A stretch of DNA of 64,000 nucleotides, from NCBI RefSeq assembly GCF_001194135.2, contig NC_068991.1, forward strand, positions 42,924,708-42,988,707. The letters run 5' to 3'. The stretch is from Octopus bimaculoides. Taxonomy: Eukaryota. The notes under the pieces are model-generated. The model was given only the letters and a program-made list of their open reading frames with translations. It was not told where the DNA came from and searched no databases. Made by a program: the position numbers and the translations under genes. Positions 1-11,064 of this stretch are shown here, one piece after another. Within the stretch, counting starts at the first letter, position 1; each line of letters starts with the position of its first letter.

Positions 1-367
1 GAAGTGATGTTTCATCGGGACAATGTGCAACCCCACACTGCAAAGATCACATAACAGAAGATCAAAGAGTTTGGTTGCGGAAAAATTCGTCATCCGCCTT
101 ATTCTCATGACCTTGCTCCTTCAGACTACCATTTGTTTCATAGTTTACTGAATCATTTGGGGAACACAACTTTCACAAGCCAAGAGGAGGTCAAGACTGA
201 CATTTCAGAGTTCTTCGCTTTGAAACCAAAAGAGTTTTACATTGATGGGATTAAAAAGCTTGTAAATAGATTGAAAGTACATTGATGATTAAATTTCAAT
301 TAAATATAACATTTGATCACTTGTTTTCTATATTCAAAATTCAGACAGAACTTATGGGATGACCTAA
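1..367 (+). mobile_element. Mariner (DD34D) transposon, 3' end, defective
   Basis: Frame 1 reads EVMFHRDNVQPHTAKIT*QKIKEFGCGKIRHPPYSHDLAPSDYHLF, the mariner HDNARPH...HPPYSPDLAPSDYHLF signature with 34 residues between the two Asp and one internal stop. It ends in a TIR-like sequence (reverse complement TTAGGTCATCCCATAAG) followed by TA at 368-369. Confidence 0.9.
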
Positions 368-419
368 TATCTGACATTACAATAGAGAAGTGTTATTGTT
401 TCACTTTTGACACGTAATA

Positions 420-617
420 CTGAAATAGTGGAAGGCATAGGGGATTGCTCTGGGCTCACATTAGGCAAGAAGTTTTAAAATTTTTAGGCCTATGACACTA
501 CATGGACCCTAAGTAAGGCATGTGTAAAATTTGAATGAAATCTGTTGTGTAGTTTGCAAGTTTTAGGGATTCACACAAACAGAAAGACACACACATTCTC
601 ATCTTTATATATATAGA
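420..617 (-). mobile_element. Probable non-autonomous Helitron-like element, 5' end only
   Basis: The minus strand begins A|TCTATATATATAAAGATGAGAATGTGTGTGTCTTTCTG at 617, the TC start after A typical of Helitron-type elements. No CTAG/hairpin 3' end was found; the left boundary is approximate. Confidence 0.4.
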
Positions 618-3083
618 TGATTATGCAAGAGGGAATGCATATAAGGGTTAATTTTGCTTATTTTATATATTCAACCCCCTACCCCTGCATTTATACAAAG
701 ACCTATTATGGCATTGAGATAAAGGACCACTTACCTTCTTGCTTCTCCTTTTTTCAGCCTTGACATATATTCCAATTACGATTTGGAAATCATTCTGTCA
801 ACAAAAACACATCACATACGGAAAATCAGTTATTTTAAACATTTCAGATTAAAGTATTTTACTGAATTTGTTTTCTTTTTTATTTGTTAATTACTTTTTT
901 AATATTTGTAAAAATATTTTGATTCTTAGTTGTACTTAAGATAACAAAATAGTTTTGTGTTGTTAAATATCAACATTTCATCAGAAACTATGTTTTTAAT
1001 TCTTCAAATACTTTCTGAATATTGTATGAAATATAATACATGCTTGAACAGCCAGAATTTTATGATCAAATAGCCTTGTAGAGGAGTATTAAATTTGAGT
1101 TAATTGTTGCTATTATGTATGTATTAAGACTTCATTTAAATGACATTGTAAACTATTTTTAAAGAAAATAAATTATAAAAAAAAGGCATAACTGTATAGT
1201 TAAGTTTACTTTCAAACCATATAGTTTCAAGTTTGGTTTTCTAGAGCTTTAGGCCAACAATATCCTGTGAGTGTGATATTGGCAGGTAGAAACTGTGTGG
1301 AAGCCTGTTGTGTGTTCATAAATGCATGAAGTTGCTATTTCCAGCTCAAGCTAGATAAATGATCTTTACATTACCAGTGAACATTATATCCTGTCTCTGC
1401 AGTTTCAAAGTTAAGTGGAATACAGAAAATCCTTTACTTGAAAAAAAACTACGGGCTGACGATAGGAAGAGTGTCCAGCTGAAAATATATCCTTAAATAT
1501 GTATCGCTTCATCCTGTGGCAGCATAGAAAAATTGTTGTAAAATACAAGAACAAATGAAATTAGTAATAAGACAATACACAATTTAAATTTTCACCTGAG
1601 GTTACTGAACTGTCATTCATGTTAGGAGAAACTTGATATAAATTTCAAGTGACCTCTTTACTGTGAGAAAATGTGTTTTGGATATCTAATATATACACAT
1701 ACAGAACACATACATCTTTGTAGGTATGTGTTTAAAGGAGTAAATAGTCTTATAGAAATATATTGCCCATAAATCTTCAATACTTTTCAAATGTTTCTCT
1801 TCAAAAAGAAGGAATTTATTTTAAGCCTGTGTTGAATAGTTATGTAGCAAGATTTCAACTCAGTCACTAAAAGTTCAATTGCAAAATAGCTCTAATATTT
1901 TTAGTTAAGTAACATTATGAGATATTAAGAATAATGTGCATTGTTTGAGTTTGAATTATCTTAAGTTAATGATGGAAAACTGTAAAGTTTCTTTCATTTT
2001 GTTTCCATCTGCTTAGTTCAACGCACTGACTAAAAGGCTCGCTTGCATATATATGATGTGTGACACATGGAACATAATTCTACATTTATATTAAGTTCAA
2101 TTTCATTTTTGTTTTACTTAAAAGAAAAACAGCGTGTAGAGAAACTAGGATGGTTTGAGAAAGTTAGTGAAAGGGAGAATGATAAGGTAACACATGCTAT
2201 GAAGAGAGCAAAGGTGCACATGGTAAAACAGAAAGAATCAATGTTGCTGTTGTGCAATAACTAGCTTAAAAACTACACTGAGCATACAGCAGTATCACTG
2301 TGTCATTTGACCATCTAACAAACCAATGAGGAAACATCTTACATTGTTGCTCAGCTTGCTATTTTCTTTACATTACAGTATACCATATGTAAAAAAAGAA
2401 ATGCATTGGATGATATAATCTTGGATGCACTTGCACCTAAAGACTTGATAGGATGGCTAATCATTGGAATGTCATTCATTATATGTCTGCTTGATCAAAA
2501 CTCACTTTGGTTCTAAACAGCATGTGAATAATAAGTTGCAGCTTATGTATTGGTTGACCAATAGGCAAAAGAACACATACTATTTATATTTATCTGCAGT
2601 ATTTTTATATTTTATAGTTGTCGTTTATTTTGATGTTAGTTATGTGTTAAACAAATTTAAGAAAAACACTGGGAAATAAATGTTACTTTATTGTCTGGGT
2701 GGGTAATGACACATGAATTTAGTTTCTAATTGTGTATGTAGAAGTATGTGTATTTGTGCTTTTATATATGAAATACATATTACAACTTTGCCATGGTAAT
2801 AAATTTTAAATACAATTCTCAACTCTTATGTGAGGCAAATCCTGTCCTTTTTGTTCTTTTATTGTGAAAGAGGGTGGGCGATAATAAGTTAAAAGAAATG
2901 GTATAAACCAAACAAACTCAAAACTTTGTATAAATTAGTCTATTATTTCATTGTGGATGCTAGCAGAACAGTGTGGTGGTTTTGTTATTTTTAGTTATAT
3001 CTGCAATTGTACCTGAATATGCTTGTTACTTTTTTCAGTGTACTTGTTTGTGTATAATTGGTTGTTCATAATTGTTCTTGTAG

Positions 3084-3249
3084 TGAAGTACCAATTGTGA
3101 CTGCTCGAGCCTCGGTGATGACCTATGATGAGCCCAATAAGAAATGGATCCCTAAAGGGAAATCGCAGGGCCTTTCCAAAGTTCAAATCTTCCATCATAC
3201 ATCCAACAACACTTTCCGTGTAGTTGCAAGGAAAGTGCCAGATCATGAG
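3084..3249 (+). CDS. ena: Ena/VASP-family protein, EVH1 domain exon (N-terminal half)
   Basis: Acceptor ttgttcttgtAG at 3082-3083 and donor GAG|GTAAGT at 3250. The 166-nt exon starts in phase 2 and reads (S)EVPIVTARASVMTYDEPNKKWIPKGKSQGLSKVQIFHHTSNNTFRVVARKVPDHE, colinear with Mena/ENAH residues 2-57 ([56 protein letters not shown], recalled). Confidence 0.95.
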
Positions 3250-4530
3250 GTAAGTTGGAAATTAGTCTTATATAATTGTTTCTGAGAAAAGGAGTCAGAT
3301 GACTAGCTGTGTGATATTTTGAGTGATGTTTACTTTTGAGGTAAAACCCCATAGATGTTAATATTATCCTCCATTTTTTTTTTTTTAGAAGATTAATAAA
3401 ATAGGTACCAGTAATTTTCTAGTTCATAAACTTTGCATCTCTTTTTTTCTTTTATTGTCAATGGCACTCTGGGCAATTTTTTCACTTGAATAACCTTATG
3501 TATATTGCAGATAACTTTCACAAAATGCCCAGTCCCTTTTCTAGCTAACTCAGGGAAGATGAATTTGCAGAATTGATTCGCTCAGATAGAAGTTTAACTC
3601 ATTGCTTTGATCATATTTATTTTTGTTTTACTAATCTGCTTTTAGCCACAAAACATCCCTTTTGATCTGCTGAATCTAAAGAAATGTCTGCTTCCAGATA
3701 AAGTCTAAATTTAAAGATCTATACATCTGGTGCCAGCAAAGTGGAGTGCCACTAAAGTGAGAGGTAGGGATGGATGCTAAAAGATTCCTTGCTCAGTGAT
3801 GGATTAAGTGGGTGGGGAAATTTTACTGCAGTTAAATTATTTACATACATCTGGTGTCAATTATCGAATTGAAGGTTCAATTACAAACTAGAAATGAACC
3901 TGTATTTCCTCATCATAGGTTTCTATCTCTTGGCAACAGCAATTTATTTCTGCTAAGGATAGCTACATTTCTGGTGCCTGAGCAAACTAATAGATGCCAA
4001 TTATAACAGAACTGAAATATCAGACGAAGCATACCCATTAAGTATCATTGTACACTTATTTACAGCACATATGAATCCATATCTATTAAAACACTCCTTA
4101 AACACGTCAGTACAGTGTAGTGTAGTTTAGCTCAGTCTAGTCAAAGACAAAGAGCAAAATAAAACAAAAAGAACAATTTTATATGAAGAGGATAATATTA
4201 TCTTTATTCATAAGAATTGTTCTAATTATGGATGTTTCTACTATGTTCCTATCACTTCTTTAGCAGGCATTATGTACTTCATCATTCCTATTTTCACTCA
4301 TTTTCTTGTAATATGCTTTCCTTGATGGTTTGCTCAAATTAGTAAGTCTTGCTTGTTTCCAAAAGATTAATCATTATGTAGTGTTCATAAAAGGAGTAAT
4401 GCTGATCTGCAGCACACAAATATCAGGAATACTATTGTAAATCTGCTTGATAGTGATGATTTTTTTTTTTTCGTTTTGTTATTGTTTAATGCTTTAGCTG
4501 TTAGCAAATAGTATTTTGTTACAATGTAAA

Positions 4531-5313
4531 TCGTCATCATCCTTTAACGTCCGTTTTCCATGCTAGCATGGGTTGGACGATTTGACTGAGGACTGGCGAA
4601 CCAGATGGCTGCACCAAGCTCCAATCTGATCTGGCACAGTTTCTACAGCTGGATGCTCTTCCTAACGCCAACCACTCCGAGAGTGTAGTGGGTGCTTTTA
4701 CGTGCCACCGGTACGAAGGCTAGTCAGGCGGTACTGGCAACAGCCACGCTCAAAATGGTGTATTTTATGTGCCACCTGCACAGGAGCCAGTCCAGCGGCA
4801 CTGGCAAGATCTCGCTCGAATATTTTTTTCACGTCCCACTGGCACAAGTGCCAGTAAGGCGATGCTGGTAATGATCACACTCAAATGGTGCTATTTACAT
4901 GCCACCGGTACGGAAGCCAGACAGCTGCTCTGGCAACGATCACTCTCGGACGGCGTGGTTAGCGCTCCACTGGCATGGGTGCCAGTCATCGAATTTGGTT
5001 CAATTACGATTTCAATTTCACTTGCCCCAACAGGTCTTCGCAAGCAGAATTTAGTGTCCAATGAAGGAAAGGTTGGCATGGGAGTCATCGAATTTGGTTC
5101 GATTTCGATTTCACTTGCCTCAACAGGTCTTCGCAAGCAGAGTTTAGTGTCCAATGAAGTAAAGGTACGAATAAGTGGGCTGGCTACACCTCTGGCAGAG
5201 GCCACGGATTATGGTCTCACTTGGCTTGCCGGGTCTTCTCACGCAGAGCATATTTCCAAAGATCTCGGTCATTAGTCATTGCCTTGGTGAGGCCTAATGT
5301 TCTAAGGTCGTAC
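4531..5313 (-). mobile_element. RTE-clade LINE, 5'-truncated 3' fragment
   Basis: Minus strand encodes the ORF end YDLRTLGLTKAMTNDRDLWKYALREKTRQAK*, then a 3' UTR and (GAT)n tail, homologous to 8600-9302 and 9621-10232. Possible degenerate TSD TACAATGTAA (4520-4529) / TACAATCTAA (5311-5320). Confidence 0.85.
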
Positions 5314-5714
5314 AATCTAATGATGTCATTCATAGCCCAGTATGGTATGTTTTCACACATATTGTTTGCAAGGAGAATTTCTCTCTCAAGGCACGTCTTT
5401 CCATGTTTGACCATTACTACTTAATTCATTCCAATTTGACTAAGCTTTGCACACATAAGCAAATTCATTATTTGCTGTTCTAATATAAGAATAATAGTTC
5501 TTAGTAGGCTATGAATGACAGATTTAATATAGTGCCTATAGCTGATGAAGCATAATAATATAGTAACACATATCCTACAGACTTTTAACATTGTTCATAG
5601 CCCAACTTGGTGTCTTCATGCACATTGTCTATAATGAGAATTTCTCTCTCAAAACAGTTTCTGTAATGATGCTCCTACCATATTTGAGTGTACACCAACA
5701 CATTAAATACACAT

Positions 5715-5970
5715 CATCATTATCATTTAATGTCTACCTTCCATGCTGGCATGAGTGGGACGGTTTGACAGGAGCCAGCCAAGTAGAAGCGTGCATTTGA
5801 CTTCTGTGTCTGTTGTGGTTGGATACCCTTCTGAACACCAATCACCCACCAGAGTGGACTGAGTGCATTTTACGTGACACAAACACAGGTGAGGTCACTT
5901 TTGGCAAGGTGTTTTTCAGCTGGATGCTCTTCCAAATCCCAACCACTTTTACAGTGTAATTTATTTAGTA
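5715..5970 (-). repeat. Short decayed copy of the RTE 3' tail
   Basis: catcatcattatcatttaatgtc...ccatgctggcatg...gctggatgctcttcc...aaccactttacagtg, similar to the tail at 4531-4700. Similar fragments at about 11065-11255 and 28290-28460. Confidence 0.6.
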
Positions 5971-6086
5971 GGAGACTTGACACCTTCCTAGCAGTTATCC
6001 AAATGGTGGTGTTTGTCCTTTTATACATGTTTATATATGTATCATCATCACCATAATTTTTCTGTCTTTTTTTTTTTTTTTTTTTT

Positions 6087-6334
6087 NNNNNNNNNNNNNN
6101 NNNNNNNNNNNNNNNNNNNNNNNNNNNNNNNNNNNNNNNNNNNNNNNNNNNNNNNNNNNNNNNNNNNNNNNNNNNNNNNNNNNNNNNNNNNNNNNNNNNN
6201 NNNNNNNNNNNNNNNNNNNNNNNNNNNNNNNNNNNNNNNNNNNNNNNNNNNNNNNNNNNNNNNNNNNNNNNNNNNNNNNNNNNNNNNNNNNNNNNNNNNN
6301 NNNNNNNNNNNNNNNNNNNNNNNNNNNNNNNNNN
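6087..6334. other. Assembly gap (N run)
   Basis: N run flanked by poly-T and (AT)n. Confidence 1.
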
Positions 6335-6370
<36 letters not shown>

Positions 6371-6419
6371 ATGAAAGCCTGATAAACTGAAGTATTGGTT
6401 TCAAAATAGCACCTTGAAC

Positions 6420-9302
6420 TGATGTAACACTAACTTCAGGAAACCTGCCAGTCACCACCTATTCACCTACCGATCTGGTGGACACACTAGTCAAATTGAT
6501 TACATCCTTGCCAGGAAATGGGAAAGATGGCTACTTATAAATGCCAGAACCTTCCCAGGTGAAGAATGCACCCCACAACATAGATTAGTAGTTAGTGACT
6601 TCGGGATCAGGGCTAAATGGATGACGGTGGAAGACAACTAGAGGCTCCTACGGGACAACCTGTTGAGGGCTAATGGCCAGATCTGTGGATGGTGCAAATT
6701 CCTCTCTTGACCCAAGGTAATACGGTGGTGGAACAATGTAGTTGACAGGGCCATTAGGGAAAAGAAACAGGCATGGAAGGACTGAAAGAATGGTGGTAAC
6801 AGGGAATTGTATCAGATTACCAGAAGGGAAGGTAGGAGACAGGTTTACTTAGTCAGAGGGGAAGCAGATAAGAAAAAATTTGCCAATGCTCTGCATCATG
6901 AGGACCTGAAGTGTTTAGTGTTGCAAGACAGTGTGTGAGAGAGATTCGTGATCTCATAGAATAGAAATGTGTCCAGATGGATAATGGCTCACTTGCATTT
7001 AATGTGGCTGCAAAGAGAAAGACTTGGAGATGCCACTATGAAAGGTTGCTAAATGAAGAGAATGAATGGGAGAAAGAGAGTCTGCTGAATGTCGACCGAA
7101 CAGAGGGACCAGCTATCCAAATTGACAGTACCTTGGTAGATAAAGCAATTAAGGGTATGAAGACAAGGAAAGCCGCTGGCCCATTAGGGATCACCGCAGA
7201 GATGCTTAAAATATCTGGCGGTGTCAGTTATAGTCTAGTCACCCGTGTAGTCAGTCAGGTGATACATGAAGGAGTCATACCCAATGACTGATGTAGCAGC
7301 ACCATAGTCAATTGCTACAAAGGTAAAGGTAATGCATTAGATACGAATAATTACAGAGATATCAAGTTGTTGGATCAGGTAATGAAAGTCACAGAGAGGG
7401 TCATAGCCCAACTAATTAGGGAGAGAGTCAGTCTAGACAAAATGCAGTTTGAGTTTGTGCCAGGGAAAAGCACCACTGATGTTATATTTCTGGTAAGACA
7501 ACTGCAGGAGAAATACCTAGTCAAAGATAAACCTCTGTACTTGGCTTTCGTTGACATGGAGAAGGCCTTTGACAGGGGCCCCCGATCCCTTATCTGGTGG
7601 TCACTGCAGAAACTAGGGATAGATGAGTGGTTAGTGAGAGCTGTACCAGCCATGTCCAGGGATGCTGTCAGTAAGGTGAGGGTTGGCAATGAGTATAATA
7701 AAGAATTCCAGGTAGGGGTCCACCAAGGATCAGTCCTCAGCCCCCTCTTATTCATTATAGTCCTCCAGGCAATAACAGAGGAATTCAAGACATAATGCCC
7801 CTGGGAGCTCCTCTATGCTGATGACTTTGCTCTAATAGCTGAGTCACTATCAGAACTAAAGGAGAAATTTCAGGTATGGAAGCAAAGTCTAGAATCGAAG
7901 GGCCTTAGAGTCAATCTAGCAAAGGCCAAAGTCTTAATAAGTAGGAAGGCAGACAAATCACAAATCCCTTCAGGTAGATGGCCCTGCTCGATCTGTAGAA
8001 AAGGCGTAGATAGAAACTCCATAAGATGTATCCGGTGTAAGTTATGGACACATAGGAGGTGAAGCAATATCGAAGGAGGGTAACTGGGAAGATAGTTGTT
8101 GTGTGTGGCAAATGCTCAGGGGCAATAAACACTGAAAATGTGCAGAGAACAGTTTCCATCACATGCCAGAGAGGAAAACTAGTAGTTGACAGCTTCCGTT
8201 GCCTAGGTAACCAAGCCAGTAGCAAGGGTGGATGCTCTGAGAGTGTAGCTGCTAGAATAAGAATAGCCTGGGCAAAGGGCCTCTCACTCAGAGTACGAAC
8301 AGCCATGCTACATGGCAGTGAAACATGGGCTGTGACTGCTGAGGACATGCATAAGCTTGTAAGGAATGAAGCTAGTATGCTCCTCTGGATGTGTAATGTC
8401 AGTGTGCATACATGACAGTGTAAGCGCCCTAAGAGAAAAGTTGGACGTAAGAAGCATCAGATGTGGTGTACAAGAGAAATGAATGTGTTGGTATAGTCGT
8501 GTTGCATATACATGAAGACAGCTGTGTGTAAAAGTTTCACACCCTAGCAGTAGAGGGTACCTGTGAAAGAGTTAGAGCCAGGAAGACCTGGGATGAGGTG
8601 GTGAAGCACAACCTTCTAACATAGGGCCTAACTGAGGCGATGACAAGTGACCGAGACATTTGGAGATATGCTGTCCTTGAGAAGACCCAGGAAGCCAAGT
8701 GAGACCGTAACTGTGGCCTATGCCAGTGCAGCATAATTGGCCCATTTAAGAGTACCCTTCAATCATTGGGCAATAAACTGTGCTTGCAAAGACCTGTTGA
8801 GTCAAGTGAAGTCATTATTGTGGGCTATGACAGTACTGCTTTATTGGCACCTGTACCGGTGGCATGTAAAAAGTACCATCCAAGCGTGGTCCTTGCCAGT
8901 GCCGCCTGACTGGTCCTGTGCCGGTGGCCCGTAAAAAGCACCATTCAAGTGTGATCGTTGCCAGTGCTGCCTGACCGGCTCCCGTGCCAGTGGCATGTAA
9001 AAAGCACCATTCAAGCGTGGTCAATACCAGTGCCGGCTCATCGGTACCGTACCAGTGGCATGTGAAAAGCACCATTCAAGTGTTGTTGTTGCCAGTACCG
9101 CCTGACTGGCTCTTGTGCCGGTGGCACATAAAAAGCACTACACATTGAGAGTGGTTGGTGTTAGGAAGGGCATCCAGCTGTGGAAACTTTGCCAGATCAG
9201 ATTGAAATCTGGTGCAGCCTTCTGGCTTGCCAGCCCTCAGTTGAACTGTCCAAACCATTCAGCATGGAAAACGGATGTTAAGCAACGACAATGATGATGA
9301 TG
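6420..9302 (+). mobile_element. RTE-clade LINE (APE C-terminus + RT), 5'-truncated, defective
   Basis: CNTNFRKPASH..TYRSGGHTSQIDYIL (APE end), NYRDIKLLDQVMKVTERVI, LAFVDMEKAFDR, GVHQGSVLSPLLF, and ELLYADD (YADD at 7814-7825). ORF ends ...EKTQEAK*, followed by a repeat-containing 3' UTR and (GAT)n tail. Multiple stops and frameshifts. Confidence 0.95.
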
Positions 9303-9620
9303 TTAAAAAAGACAAAAATATATCTTCAGTAGCAGGCAAAAATTGTCCAGCAGTAAGTATCCACATTCTCTCCCTCTCTCTCTAAAATTAAAAGAAAAAT
9401 ACATTGGTAATAAACAAATATCCCTAACATCAGCAAACGAACAACAAAATACTGTTCCATAGTTATTGTTGTCAGACTGGAACGTTCACATCTACAGAAG
9501 GAAAATATGAGAAAGTGCTACTTGCAGATCTTTTGTATTGTTTAGCTTTATGTGAACCCAAATTGAAGAAAACCTTTGATGAAAGACATTCCATCTATGA
9601 CCTGTGGTTTTTTTTTCTTA

Positions 9621-10232
9621 TGTGTAATGTCAATGTGAATACCCGTCAGAGTGTAAGTATCTTGAGAGAAAAGCTGAACATTAGAAGCATCAGTTGTGGC
9701 GTACAAGAGAGACGATTGCGCTGGTATGGACATGTGGTGAGAATGGAGGAGGATAGCTGCGTGAAAAAGTGCCACACCCTAACAGTTGAGGGAACCCGTG
9801 GAAGAGGTAGGCCCAGGAAGACCTGGGCTGAGGTGGTGAGGCAAGACCTTCGTACATTGGGCCTCACCGAGGCGATGACTACTGACCGAGACCTTTGGAA
9901 ATGTGCTGTGCGTGAGAAGACCCGGCAAGCCAAGTAAGATCGTNNNNNNNNNNNNNNNNNNNNNNNNNNNNNNNNNNNNNNNGACTGGCTTGTGCGGGTG
10001 GCACATAAAAGACACCATTTCGAGCGTGGCCGTTTTCGTGCGGGTGACACGTAAAAGCACCCACTACACTCTCTGAGTGGTTGGCGTTAGGAAGGGCATC
10101 CAGCTGTAGAAACTCTGCCAAATCAGACTGGAGCCTGGTGTTGCCATCCGGTTTCACCAGTCCTCAGTCAAATCGTCCAACCCATGCTAGCATGGAAAGC
10201 GGACGTTAAACGATGATGATGATGATGATGAT
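9621..10232 (+). mobile_element. RTE-clade LINE, young-looking 3' fragment (contains a gap)
   Basis: Uninterrupted CNVNVNTRQSVSILREKLNIRSISCGVQERRLRWYGHVVRMEEDSCVKKC...REKTRQAK*, CpGs retained, (GAT)7 tail ending near 10232. Confidence 0.9.
9944..9982. other. Assembly gap (N run)
   Basis: Inside an RTE 3' UTR. Confidence 1.
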
Positions 10233-11064
10233 GCAAATATCTTGTCCAATGTATCCCTTAAACTCCATACCACTTCAACTTAAACCCAATGACTGTACCT
10301 GCCTAGTTTACCTGGTACTCTCTTTCATTGTCTCAACACTAAGATCCTTTGTATTTTACCCTGCATCTCCTCAAAATGACTTCCCTCCTCATGTAACCTG
10401 TCTATTAATCTTCAATAATTGCAACTAAACATTTACTGTTCTAATATCACTCAGCTATATATTTATTTCTCAGTGTATGAGGTTCTGTAAAGTCTATAGG
10501 AACTACTGTTTCTTAATTTAAGATAAGAAGATTAACTACACATCTGTTCTTCATTTACGTCTCATTTTATCCAAGAAGTCTGTTCCACCTCATCAAATTT
10601 TTAACTAGCTTACCTCTATGTCTTGTTTAGCATTCTTTGTATCAGTAATTACACATCAATCTAACATAGTTTTTCTGTCCATCAAATATATGGCTAAATT
10701 TATCACCTGAATGTGATTTGAAATTTATTTGGAGCAAAAAAGAGATCTAGAAATAGCAAAAAAAATTTCCTTTGCGTTACACTCTACTGTCTAAAAAAAA
10801 AAAAAGGAATACATTTAATGATATAGTCTTCTTCTACCTGATAAAGAAAATACAGATGTGGTGATTATAGTTAGAATGCTTTTGATCACAGGTCTACCTG
10901 GCAAGGCTAGCCTTGGACTAAGTAGCATCAGTAGAAATGAAAGATTAATATTTTTTAGTGAAGTATTTTTTACCTACTCCTACAGCTACTGCTGAGTTAT
11001 TGGTATCAAGTGCATTCACCTCTAAAATATTTGTTCTAACAATTCGTATACATGTCTATCGTGA

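Noticed and set aside
4769-5275. 168-aa ORF and other ORFs antisense to or within RTE copies (4891-5205, 7375-7788, 7911-8348, 20337-20906, 43697-44011)
   Set aside because: Shadow frames of LINE coding or UTR sequence.
8829-9150. Regularly spaced repeats resembling a CRISPR array
   Set aside because: The units are whole tandem copies without unique spacers, lie in a LINE 3' UTR in a eukaryotic intron, and there are no cas genes.
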